A DNA stretch of 61,511 bases, the filler included. It is 15 parts of 15 records of this genome, joined end to end, with 100 filler letters (N's around TTAATTAATTAA, not from the genome) between each part and the next. Parts side by side here need not be neighbours in the genome. Positions count along the whole stretch, not along the records: positions 31,587 to 35,650 come from SRR7504441_27150; positions 35,751 to 40,324 come from SRR7504441_27180; positions 40,425 to 44,154 come from SRR7504441_27198; 12 more parts are not named here. One strand, 5' to 3'. Below the pieces are notes generated by a model, which saw nothing but the letters and a program-made list of their open reading frames with translations, was not told the DNA's origin and made no database searches. The translations under genes and the position numbers were made by a program. Shown piece by piece: positions 33,720 through 44,254 of this stretch (position 1 is its first letter; each line of letters opens with the position of its first letter).

Positions 33720-35096
33720 TCAGAAGACCGCATAGACATCGGGGAGCAACGCTTCCTTCTTGAGCTCTATCAATCGCGGAGTGACTTTTGCTGTCAGCCA
33801 CGGGTCTAACCCCGAAAGTCCCTCGTCCTCCACGCCCTTTTGGCCGGGGTGCGCATCGAACTTGCCATAGTGGTTCAGCCGAGCCTGGCCGACCGGGTCC
33901 ACATCCTGGACCGCCCCGCAGCCGGGCTTGAGCTGGAGCACTTTATGAACCTCCACAAACTCAGCGCAATCCGCCCGCACCAACGGCTTCTCTCGGACGC
34001 CGCTGTTTGGCCGAGCACTCCTCACAGTCTGGGACAGCACCGAACGGTACGGGTTGTTGTCGTTCAAGTACTTGAGCTCATTGTACGGGAAGTATATGTG
34101 CTCACCCAGAAAGTCCCAAGTGGATAAACTGAGCGCCGGGGCGTCAGTGCCCCGGAGCCACTCGGCCCAGCCGCCCGGATGGTGCAGCTGCAGGTATTCG
34201 TCCTGGTCTACAAACAGCAGCCACTCGGCCTGCGATCGCATCCGGGCCAGGCAGGCGTTGTTGACGATCACTTGGTCGAAGTAGTGCCACTCGATCCGCG
34301 GCTCGAACCTTGGGAGCTCCTGATACTCGACCAGCCCGCGCCGGACCAGCGGGGCGAGCACCTGCCTGTAGCTGCCCTCCCGGTCGGCCAGGTGCACCAC
34401 GGCTGCCCCGAGCTCCAAGTAGTAGAACACGTACTCGAGCAGCCGGCCGGGCGGGATGTTGCTCTGCAGCACCGGCGAGCACACCGCAACCAGGCTCCGG
34501 CCGGGCCGGGCGCGGCACAGCTCGAGCTCAAGGTCGTGCACCGCGGGCGCCACCGGGTTGGCGTGGTTCCAGGTAGGCTGCTCCCACCGGAGGGTGAGGC
34601 TGGCTTGCTCGTCCGAGGGTGAGGCCTGCAGCCTGCACACCAGCTTACGGGCCGACCTCGAGGCGCCCAGGAAGCTGGAGCTCTCCGGCGGGGCCAGGAT
34701 GGCCGGCTTGGACGAGCTGTTGCTCGGGCCGAGGCACCAGAGCTGCGCGAGGACCAGCTCGGCGCTCGGGCTGATCAGGGCGTGAGCATGATCGTTGTCC
34801 ACGTCCGCCAGACTGTAGCTGTCGGCAACCCACAGCACCACCTCCACCTCCAACGAATCCTCCACCGTGGCGGCTGTGGCTGAAAATACCACCAGCCTAA
34901 CCCCGGGCAGGAGCTCGGCCGCCAGCCAGCCGGCCGACCGATTGCAGAGCTGGTGGGTCACCATGCCGGCCTGCGAGGCTTGCTTCGGGAGCTTCGGCCG
35001 GCTCGTCGTCGGCAGCCGGCCGACCGACACAATTGCCCACAGCGAGGCCATCAGCAGCAGCAACGCTAGCGCTGATCGCAGCCTTAGCCGTGCCAT
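33720..35096 (-). CDS. Glycosyltransferase family 92-like type II membrane protein
   Basis: N-terminal TM anchor (MARLRLRSALALLLLMASLWAIV), VAVCSP..LLEYVFYYLELGA, QVIVNNACL, WLLFVDQDEYL (DxD), REKPLV..VEVH, LNHY. Confidence 0.8.
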   Translation of the reverse strand: MARLRLRSALALLLLMASLWAIVSVGRLPTTSRPKLPKQASQAGMVTHQLCNRSAGWLAAELLPGVRLVVFSATAATVEDSLEVEVVLWVADSYSLADVDNDHAHALISPSAELVLAQLWCLGPSNSSSKPAILAPPESSSFLGASRSARKLVCRLQASPSDEQASLTLRWEQPTWNHANPVAPAVHDLELELCRARPGRSLVAVCSPVLQSNIPPGRLLEYVFYYLELGAAVVHLADREGSYRQVLAPLVRRGLVEYQELPRFEPRIEWHYFDQVIVNNACLARMRSQAEWLLFVDQDEYLQLHHPGGWAEWLRGTDAPALSLSTWDFLGEHIYFPYNELKYLNDNNPYRSVLSQTVRSARPNSGVREKPLVRADCAEFVEVHKVLQLKPGCGAVQDVDPVGQARLNHYGKFDAHPGQKGVEDEGLSGLDPWLTAKVTPRLIELKKEALLPDVYAVF

Positions 35097-35394
35097 CGGC
35101 GCCCTGGTTGGGGTCCGGGTGCGCCGCGTGCAGCCGCTGCGTGGGCAGCCTGGGTCCTGACGCTGTTTGGCCTGTGGATAAAGTGCAATCAATCCCACCC
35201 GGCACCGTCCTGGCCAATGATGGGTGTATCAGTCTCGTACGGTAATCAGTCTCGGGAAGCGTAGAAGCGTGATGCTAATAATACCTAGCTAATACATACA
35301 TGTGATACACTAGACTTGCTTACACCCTCGATCATTAGCGCTGTCATCGAGCTTTAAATACATCCCGGACATACATTAATCATGCAAATGCTTG

Positions 35395-35620
35395 CTAGCT
35401 CTTACCAATTAGGCTTTGCAGCCCGGCGAACGGGTTGGGCTTGGCGTGCTCTTGCTCGACTTGCTCGAGCGTCACCGGCTTGGCCCCGGCGTGGTTGGTA
35501 GCCTCCGGGTCGGCCCCGGCCTTGGCCACTAGCGCCTCGAACAGCTTTGTGTTGTGCACCGTCCTGCCCTCGTCCTCCCAGCAGCAGTGGTGCAGCGCTG
35601 TGTTCCCCAGTTTGTCCCGG
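35395..35620 (-). CDS. Ankyrin-repeat protein, 3' fragment
   Basis: RDKLGNTALHHCC..LVAKAGADPEATNHAGAKP. Confidence 0.7.
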
Positions 35621-35777
35621 AGCATCACGATCAATTACGGAATGCCCGCTNNNNNNNNNNNNNNNNNNNNNNNNNNNNNNNNNNNNNNNNNNNNTTAATT
35701 AATTAANNNNNNNNNNNNNNNNNNNNNNNNNNNNNNNNNNNNNNNNNNNNTAGCTGAGTATGTATCGTCATGAGCAT

Positions 35778-36773
35778 TCACCATGGCCTTGTGCTTATTG
35801 CTCTCGGCGCTTGTCCCGTGCGTTGCCGGCCGTGCTGCTGCGGCTGCTGCTGGCCACGCTGGTCGCTGCCCGACAGATGTGCCGGCAGCTTACTTCCCCG
35901 ACCGGCCGGCGGCGCCCTGCATCCAGCCTGGCTCAGCCTCCGTTGCCGTGCGCCCCCGAGGTTGAGCTTGCCAAACCCAAAGTTGTTGCCGCCCTGTCTC
36001 TGCCACATGAGCCGCGCACGACCGCCCGGCTCGCCTGGGGCAATCGGGCCCGCTGGGCAGCCTGCTCCCACTCGTGGTCGAAGCTGCTCCCGTGCGACGG
36101 GTCCATGTTGACACACACGTCGTCCTGCACTTCCTCCTGCGAGAAATGGTTCCGGCCGCGCACAATCTTCCTGGCCCTGTCCCGCGGGCTTGGCACCGCC
36201 CGCCCCCAGCCCGGGCACCGGTCGCCGATCTTGCGCTGCACCGACATCCGCTCCACCCCGGTCATGTTGTCCGAGTGGCTTTCCTTGTTCTCTTGCACCT
36301 GGCCGGGCTACCCCCAGACCGGGCCAGTCGGCCACGTTGCCGGCCCGTCGCATCGAGGAAGATTTCTGGACCACGTGTGGCTGGCCTTCCCGGCCGGAGA
36401 CCGACGAGTACGAGTAGGAGGACGAGCTGGACTGGAGCCACTACTGAGCGCAGCGCGCGGCCGGCCGGGCACCATGGCGTGCGGGCTGCTGTGGCTGGCG
36501 GACTGCATGTCGCCCATCATCTGTTGCATCAGCCCCCGCCCTCCGAACAGGTCCGGCATCATCATCGAGCCGAACCCGCCTGCTGGCCGCTGGTCTGAGC
36601 CTGGGGCCCCCCCGCACCGAACGCCCCGAAAGGATCGCCGAAGGGATCGGCCTGGCGGGTGCTCTGGCAGCCAGTGAGGGCTCGGGGCACGACTGGCCGG
36701 CCACCTTGTTGCCGTCCCGGCCCCTCGGCTGGAAGAACGGGTCGCTGAACGGGTCTCCGCCCCACAGAGACAT
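35778..36773 (-). CDS. Myeloid leukemia factor (MLF)-like protein, at least 6 introns
   Basis: DPFSDPFF/M-rich N-terminus, SSSYSYSS, GN|VQENKESHSDNMTGVERMSVQRKIGDR|ARKIVRGRN..FDHEWEQ. This matches the MLF-family pattern. GC-AG intron at 36000-36034. Confidence 0.75.
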
Positions 36774-36911
36774 GACGGGTTCCAGCCCTTTCTTGGCAGC
36801 AACAGCCGTTACAGAGATGGTGGGGCCTGAGAGCGCCGGGGCGGGGCGACTGAGCTGGGTTTGGGGTTGCAGGCGGCTCCAGTGGGGTTCCACAGCGCGG
36901 CGGTGGTGCAC

Positions 36912-37898
36912 ATGAATGGCCCCCGCCAGCCGATACACCGGGCCACCCACGCCTACCTGGGCGAGTGCGCCTTCTCACCGCCCATCCCGCCCACCCACCC
37001 GCAGCCGCACTCGCTGCTGCCCAAGGGCTCCTCCTGCCCGGTGACCTTCTCGGTGCTCGGCGGGGTCAATCACGGCGCGGGCAACCCGACCACCCGCTCG
37101 TTCACCCCCGGGAAAGCGCTGGCCAAGGCGGCGGTGGGCGAGCTGTCCGGTGTGCAGCACTACTTGGCCGAGAACGGGGCGGTGAACGTGCAGCTGTCCG
37201 AGGAGGAGCGGCCGGCCCTGGAGAAGGAGCTCGGCGGCTGCTGTTTCTCGGGCAACCCGTCGCTCAAGCCGGCGATCGGCAACCTGGCGGAGGGGGACAC
37301 GATGCTCCATCTGGCGGTCCGCCAACGGAACAAGCCGCTGGCCCGGTACCTGCTCGAGCACGGGGCGGCGGTGGACATCAGCAACTCGCAGGAGGAGACC
37401 GCTTTGAGCCTGGGCCGGGACTATCTGGTGGACGTGCGGTCCAACTTCCACATAGAGGACCGGCTGGTCGAGCTGTTCGAGCTGATCGATGAAAACAAGG
37501 ACGGGCTGGTCAACGAGCCGGAGGCGATCAAGTTCGCACTGCTCACCACTTCGAACGACGAGGCCAACGCCTTCGCCTTCTGGGCGGCGCTGCCCAAGAC
37601 CGGGTCGGATGTGTGTGTGGACGACTGGGTCAACTTCTTCCTGATCCAGTTTGAGAGCCAGCAGGTGGTGCTGGTGCTGGCCCAGCTGCAGCAGATCCTG
37701 GACCAAGTCTCCCGGGTGCAGGGCCAGGCGATCGGCCAGTCGATTCTCTCGTGCCGCTCCACGCCGCTGAGGACAGTTGACCACCAGTCGTGGGTCCAGC
37801 CAACCAGGCAGTCGTTCTCGCCCGCAGACCGGCGGACGCTAATGACCTCCTTCCGGCCGCGCAGCAAGGGCCACCCGCACGTGCCCCTGTACTTTTAA
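36912..37898 (+). CDS. Ankyrin-repeat + EF-hand protein
   Basis: GDTMLHLAVRQRNKPLARYLLEHGAAVDISNSQEETAL and LFELIDENKDGLVNEPE. 3' end may be altered by an intron. Confidence 0.75.
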   Translation: MNGPRQPIHRATHAYLGECAFSPPIPPTHPQPHSLLPKGSSCPVTFSVLGGVNHGAGNPTTRSFTPGKALAKAAVGELSGVQHYLAENGAVNVQLSEEERPALEKELGGCCFSGNPSLKPAIGNLAEGDTMLHLAVRQRNKPLARYLLEHGAAVDISNSQEETALSLGRDYLVDVRSNFHIEDRLVELFELIDENKDGLVNEPEAIKFALLTTSNDEANAFAFWAALPKTGSDVCVDDWVNFFLIQFESQQVVLVLAQLQQILDQVSRVQGQAIGQSILSCRSTPLRTVDHQSWVQPTRQSFSPADRRTLMTSFRPRSKGHPHVPLYF

Positions 37899-38195
37899 CC
37901 GACATGAGGGGCAACGCACAAATAGTGTTGTGCATTTGTGTCGAGCTTGAATTGATTAAAGTGATTATGCCGTAATAATTAGATGATGCCATCTTCCTAG
38001 TCGGCCGAGGGGCATTGCTCACTACTATCGCGATGGCAGATGCATAGTGTACACTGTAGGAAATTGACTATGTACAGGTCAGTACGTCCAGTTGTCGAGT
38101 TGTGCTGTAGTGCACCGCGTTGAGTCGCCGGTGAAAACACCGAAATCGTAACAGCCTGTGGATGGAGCAGAGGCAGGGCGAGCTTGGCTAGGAGG

Positions 38196-40121
38196 ATGTC
38201 CCAGGACGAGGTGCTCGCTGCCCGGTGCCTGGCCGAGCATCTGGCAGGACCAGGTGCTGCTCAGCGGGCACATTGAGAAGCTGAAGAACAAGCCCTTCCT
38301 CGGACTCGAGGCCCCGCCCGCCGCCGTGGCCGCGAGCCCGGGACAGGTCTGGTCAACCCGATGGGTGGTGCTCCGTGGTTCGGGGCTCGCCTACTACGCC
38401 AGCCAGAAGGACCGTGAGCCGCGCGGCCAGATCGCCACCCCGGTGCGCCCGGGCCGGCGAGTGGGCGAGCCCGGGCAGGAGCTGGAGGGCGTGGACACGG
38501 TCAGCTCGGACAAGCGGCCGTTCGGGTTTAAAGTGCGGCTGGGCGCCGCGGCCGTCGACGGGGGGACAGGTGCTGAGCGGAGGGGGCGAATTCTTTGAGT
38601 TTGCGGTCGATTCGGAGGAGGCCCGCACCGAGTGGACCACAGCCATCTACTGGTGCCCCGCCGCCCGCACGCCACCAGCCCACCGGCAGGCTGTGCCGAG
38701 ACAAGTTCATGGCCAAAATGTGCCGCAAGCCGTACATGCCAGCAAGCACCCCAGTGCGGGCCAGCATGCCGGCAGCCAGCCCAGAGACGCTGGCCGCCGG
38801 CCCGAGAGTTAACTCCAGCCGGGCCGAGCCAGCGACCGAGCTGCTGCTCAGCCCGAGCAGCCCGAGCAGCCCCACCAGCCCCAAGAGCCCGAGCAACCTG
38901 TTCGGGCGCAAGGTGGGCCGCTGGCGAGCGCTGGCTCGAGGCGGCGCAGGCGTGCAAGGAGGATTTTGATATCGTGAGGCTGATCGGCGAGGGGGCGCAC
39001 GCCAAAGTGTTCCAGGTGGGCCGCGGATTGGCCGGGTCCGAGCGGGGGCAGGTGACTCGGAAGGAGGACGGGCAGCAGCTGGCGATGAAGGTGATGCTGA
39101 AGGAGCATGTGATCAACCTGGGCCAAGTGAAGCACGCGATGGGCGAGCGGCGGATCCTAGCCCAGATCTCACACCCGTTCTTCGTCAACATGCACCACGC
39201 CTTCCAGACCGAGAGCAAGCTGTACATGGTGCTCGACTACTGCCCCGGCGGCGAGCTCTTCTTCCACATGCGGAACGAGGCTCGCTTCTCGGTGCGGGGG
39301 CCAGCTGCGCGCACGGCCAGCCGGTGGGCCAGCCGGAGCGGACTGTGCTGTATGCGGCCGAAATCGGGGTGGGGCTGGACCATCTGCACCGGCTGGGGAT
39401 CATCTACCGCGACCTCAAGCCGGAGAACCTGCTGCTCGACCAGAGAGGTCACATCCGATTCGCCGACTTTGGGCTGTGCAAGTTTGGGGAGGAGCGGACC
39501 CACTCGGTGTGCGGCACCCCCGAGTACATGGCCCCGGAGCTGGTGGACGGCTCCGGCCAGACCGAGTACGGGCCCGCGATAGACTGGTGGGCGCTCGGCA
39601 CGCTGATCTACGAGATGCTCTCCGGCCGGCCGCCATACTACAACAGCTCGCGCTCGGTCATGTTCCAGAGGATCCTGCACGCCCCGCTCCCAAAGCACCA
39701 GTGCGTCGGCCCGATCGCGTTCAGCCTTTGCCAGTGCGCCGGCTAGTGGGCTGGGCTGAGCTGGGGCCAGCCGGCTGCTCGACCGGAACCCTTGCACTCG
39801 GCTCGGGGCCCAGCTGGACGACTTCGAGGTGCGCGCCCGGCCCGCCCGCCGGCCACGCCCCCCCGGCAGATACTTAAGAAGCATCGGTTCTTTGCCGCGC
39901 TCGACTGGGAAGCTGTCAGTGAGCGGCGGATCAAGCCGCTGATGGTGCCGGAGGAGGACGTGTCGTACGTGGACCCGCAGTTCGAGAGCCAGCCGATCAA
40001 GTGCCACAGCCGGAGCTCCACCCTGTGCGGCTCGTTCACTGACTCGCCGTTCAAGGGGTTCACATACGAGGAGGACGACGGCTTTGAGCAGGTGCTCGGA
40101 GAGCTGACCATCGGCGACTAG
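38196..40121 (+). CDS. PH-domain AGC kinase (Akt/PKB-like), about 10 tiny introns
   Basis: PH: GHIEKLK..WSTRWVVL..YY..EPRGQI..EEARTEWTTAI. Kinase: IGEGAHAKV, AMKV, HPFFV, GGELFFH, IIYRDLKPENLL, DFG, CGTPEYMAPE, DWWALG. Hydrophobic motif FKGFTY. Introns include 38211-38247, 38311-38346(GC), 38443-38478, 38533-38569, 38653-38689. Confidence 0.92.
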
Positions 40122-40198
40122 TGGTCTTAAGCGGTGTACGACCAATGAACTAGCCATATATAATTATATAGATCACTTCTAGCCTATAGAGGGGGCAC

Positions 40199-40270
40199 GT
40201 ACCCGTGACCGAACCGGTAAGGTTTTGACTCACGACCGTGAGGTCGTGGGTTCGAATCCGAACCCTTGCG
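40199..40270 (+). other. tRNA-derived Pol III-promoter element (SINE head, tRNA pseudogene or small ncRNA)
   Basis: A-box-like TGACCGAACCGG (40206-40217) and perfect B-box GGTTCGAATCC (40249-40259) at tRNA spacing. Acceptor, anticodon and T stems do not pair as a cloverleaf. Confidence 0.55.
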
Positions 40271-40424
40271 AAGACGGCCGCTCAAAGAAAAAGTGGTACG
40301 GCGTGGCGCGGAGTCATGCCGGTCNNNNNNNNNNNNNNNNNNNNNNNNNNNNNNNNNNNNNNNNNNNNTTAATTAATTAANNNNNNNNNNNNNNNNNNNN
40401 NNNNNNNNNNNNNNNNNNNNNNNN

Positions 40425-40437
40425 GCTCTTCCGATCT
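40425..40437 (+). other. Residual Illumina adapter at contig start
   Basis: GCTCTTCCGATCT, the 3' end of the TruSeq-type read primer, lies exactly at the contig edge. Confidence 0.85.
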
Positions 40438-43400
40438 ACCGCGAGAGCCGTCAGATCGCCACCTACGGCCGAGCGGCCCTGCGGAAGCTGCTCGCAAGTA
40501 AAGTGCTGATCTCGGGTGCGTGGCAGCGGGCGCGGCGGGTGAGCGGCGGACAGGGATGAACGGGCTCGGAGCTGAGGTGGCGAAGAACGTGATCTTGGCC
40601 AACGCCAAGCAGGTCGGGCTGCACGATCGACAGACAGTCTCTTGGATGGACCTGGGCGCTCACTTCTACCTAACCGAGGAGGTGCCAGCCTCCGGCCTGG
40701 ACCAGTTCAACCCGGGTGCAGGACCTCGGTCAGAGCCGCTCGGCTGCCTGCCTGAAGCGGCTGCAAGAACTCAACCCGAACACCGAGGTCAGCGCGATGG
40801 ACGGCGAGCTGGATGAGGCCACCCTGGCCAAGTTCGACGTGAGCCAGCCGGCGAGCCGCCTGCTGACCGGTGGGGGCAGGTGGTGGTGTGTGTCGACACT
40901 CCTCTGGCAGAGGCAATCCGGATCGATGAGTTCTGCCACGCGCAGCAGCCACCAATCCACTTTATTCGCGCCGACGTGTTTGGGCTGTTCGGGACTGTAT
41001 TCAACGACGCAGGGCCCGAGTCGTTCGTTTCAGATATTGACGGCGAGGCTGCCAAGTCGGCGATCGTAGAGAAGATCGAGTCGGGTGCCCCGTGCCTGGT
41101 CCAGTGCATCTTCGAAGAGGACGGAAGGCACGACCTGCAGGACGGCGACAAGGTGCGCTTCAGCGAAGTAGAGGGGATGACTGAGCTCAACTCGGGCGAG
41201 TACGAGATCACCGTCAAGAACCCGTACAGCTTTGAGATCGCGGACACCAGCCACTGCTCTCCTTACGTTCGCGGTGGGATCGTGCATCACGTGAAGCCGA
41301 CTGCCACTCCAAAGTTCAAGACGCTTCAGGCCTCGTTGGTAAATCCGGTGCCTGATGACGTAGACATGAGGGGGCGGGGCTATCCGGGGGCTTTCCTTGA
41401 GATGGATTTTGGCAAGTTTGGCCGGCCAGCACTGCTGCACCTGGCATTTCAGGCACTGGATGCTTTCAGGACCAGCCACAATGGCAACTTCCCGGCGCCG
41501 GCCACTCCGTGGGACACAGAGCACAGCGACGTGGTCGAGATGGTTGCGACTGTCACTGCGCTGAACGATGCTCTGCCACAGGCTGACAAAACTGAGGTGG
41601 ACGCGGGAGTGATTGCCAAGCTGGCCCACGGAGCACGGGCTGTCATCAACCCGATGGCTGCCACGTTTGGAGGCCTGGTGGGACAGGAAGTGGTCAAGGC
41701 GATTACGTCCAAGTATCACCCGCTGCAGCAATGGTTCCACCTGGATGCAGTGGAGTGCTTGCCCACGGAGCCAATTGCAGCTGAGGAGTATTCGCTCGCC
41801 GAGTCGCGCTACGACGCCATGATCGCTGTGTTCGGCCGGTCGTTTGTGGACAAACTCAAGGAGCTCAACTACTTCCTGGTTGGGGCCGGAGCGCTGGGCT
41901 GCGAGTTTATCAAAAACTTTGCGATGATGGGTGTGTCGTGTGGTTCAGGCAAGACAACAGTCACTGACGACGATGTGATCGAGCGGTCCAACCTTTCTCG
42001 GCAGTTCCTGTTCAGAAACTGGCATGTCAAAGCCCCCAAGTCGAGCACCGCTGCGGAGGCTGCCAAGGCGATGAATCCCGATTTCAACATCCAGCCATTG
42101 CAGGAGAGGGTGTCCCCCGACACAGAGGACGTCTTCAATTCGTCGTTTTGGGAGTCGCTCAATGGCGTGTGCAACGCGCTGGACAACGTCAAAGCACGGC
42201 TTTACGTCGACACACAGTGCGTGCACTACTCAAAGTCGCTGCTCGAGTCAGGCACGCTGGGCACCAAGTGCAACGTGCAGGTAGTGGTCCCTCACATGAC
42301 AGAAAACTACGGGGCCTCAACTGACCCCCCTGAAAAGGAGGCACCTCAGTGCACTGTGCACAATTTCCCGCACAATATCGACCACACGCTGGTGTGGGCC
42401 CGGTCTGAGTTTGTAGGCAACTTCGAGACCTTCCCTTCCGAGTCCGCCAAGTTCCTGGAGAAGGGTGCAGAGTACTTGTCGACCATGCAGGCTTCCGGAC
42501 AGACCGAACAAGACATTCTGCAGGCGCTCCGGGGGGACTTTAACTGGGGCGGTGGGGTGCGAGACTTTCTCAGCGACGAGACTCGTTCAAAGACATTCGA
42601 TGATTGCATCAAGTGGGGCCTGAACAAATTCATGGTGCTCAACAATCACATGCTCAGGCAGCTGATCCACAACTTCCCTGAAGATGCCAAAAATTCCAAG
42701 ACTGGCAAGCCATTCTGGTCCCCACCCAAACGATTCCCGACTGCACTAGAGTTCGACAGCAACGACCCACTGCACATGCAATTCCTGATTGCTGCAGCCA
42801 ATCTCAGGGCCAATGTGAACAACATTGCCCCCCCTGAAGGGGTCGACAGGCGCAATGCCGACTATTTTGCAGAGGTGGTGAGCAAGACTGAAGTTCCGAC
42901 CTGGGCTCCAAGGGAGGGTATAGCAATCCAGGCTGATCCTGATGAGCAAGTGACACAGAACAAGAGCGATACTGTTGAATCTGTGATGGCCACTCTGCCG
43001 ACAGCTGAGCAGCTGTCGGCCTCTGGTGTGAGTGTGACTCCTGAAGTGTTTGAGAAGGATGACGACTCCAACTTCCATATGCAGTTCATCCACGCGCTGG
43101 GCAACTTACGCGCCCGGAGCTATGGCATTCCGGAAATCGACTTTCTGCATGCCAAGCTCAAAGCTGGCCGCATCATTCCTGCGATTGCAACTGCGACTGC
43201 GATGGTGACTGGGCTGGTGAGCCTGGAGTTGCTCAAGTTGGTCAATGACAAGAAGATTGAGGATTATAAAAACACATACATCAACCTAGCCCTGCCTCAA
43301 GGCCAGATGTCAGAACCCATGTCAGCAGCCAAGACCAAGACCCGTACCGAGAAGAAAGTCCCAGACCCAATTAACCACCCGGATTATGTAGAGGAGGAAA

Positions 43401-43726
43401 CTATCAAAGCGTACCCCGAGGGCTGGACGGCGTGGGATAAGTTTATTGTAGACAATGGCGACATGACTGTCCAAGAGCTGAATGACTGGTTCAAGGCAGA
43501 GCACGGCTTGATTGTGCAGACAATAGTGGTGAATGCCAAGATTATCTACAACTCATTCATGCCCAGTGGCAAGAAGCGCCTTCCCGAGAAGATGAGTGTG
43601 CTCGCTGGGACCGTGGGTGGGGTGAATATGGAAGGGCTGGATAGCTTCTGCCCAATCATCTCCTTCTGCGACCTGGATGAGATCACTGAAGTCGAGACGC
43701 CTGACATCACATACAAATTCCGTTAG
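40438..43726 (+). CDS. UBA1: Ubiquitin-activating enzyme E1, 5' truncated
   Basis: SRQIATYG..VLISG|MNGLGAEVAKNVIL, VGAGALGCEFIKN, IERSNLSRQFLFR, NALDNVKAR, LESGTLGTKCN, catalytic PQCTVHNFP, FEKDDDSNFH, AGRIIPAIATATA. GT-AG introns at 40516-40553, 40682-40721, 40839-40879. Confidence 0.97.
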
Positions 43727-44254
43727 ATGTGGACGCCCGACTGTGGGCTTTATGATCAGCTTTGGCTCGTGCGTGTGGCTGATAATGATGCGTTTTGGAG
43801 ATAGTTAGAATTTATATTGCAGAAGGGGCGAGATCAGTGCTCGATATCCAGTAGCTCAACCTATTGAGGGCAAAATTGTCATAGACATATGGGATTCATC
43901 GTACACTTTTGATGCCGCGCACACTTTTGTTTACATGTATTGTTGATAAAGAGATAAGTACACGATTGTACACATGATTGTACTGCGACATTAAATCCCA
44001 CGATTATCCCACGATCGTGGGTATGGAAAGTGCATAGCACTATGCGTGTACATCAGCGTCATTTATTTAAAGGTTAACGCTTACACTACGTGAGCGACGT
44101 GAGCACATTTTAAGCTAGCATCCTGATCCGCTCTGGGAATCCTGTGAGGAGTCCNNNNNNNNNNNNNNNNNNNNNNNNNNNNNNNNNNNNNNNNNNNNTT
44201 AATTAATTAANNNNNNNNNNNNNNNNNNNNNNNNNNNNNNNNNNNNNNNNNNNN

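Noticed and set aside
31587-35650. DNA transposon defined by terminal inverted repeats
   Set aside because: No transposase, the repeat lies within JmjC coding sequence, and the junction shows microhomology typical of a chimera.
36975-40157. Long antisense ORFs (e.g. 36975-37784, 39237-40157, also 45913-46905, 32671-33618)
   Set aside because: Shadow ORFs of GC-rich coding sequence with no motifs.
40199-40270. Functional tRNA gene
   Set aside because: Acceptor, anticodon and T stems do not pair; kept only as a tRNA-derived element.
43956-44110. Small repeats and palindrome (CCCACGATCGTGGG) downstream of UBA1
   Set aside because: Too short and unique to support an element call.
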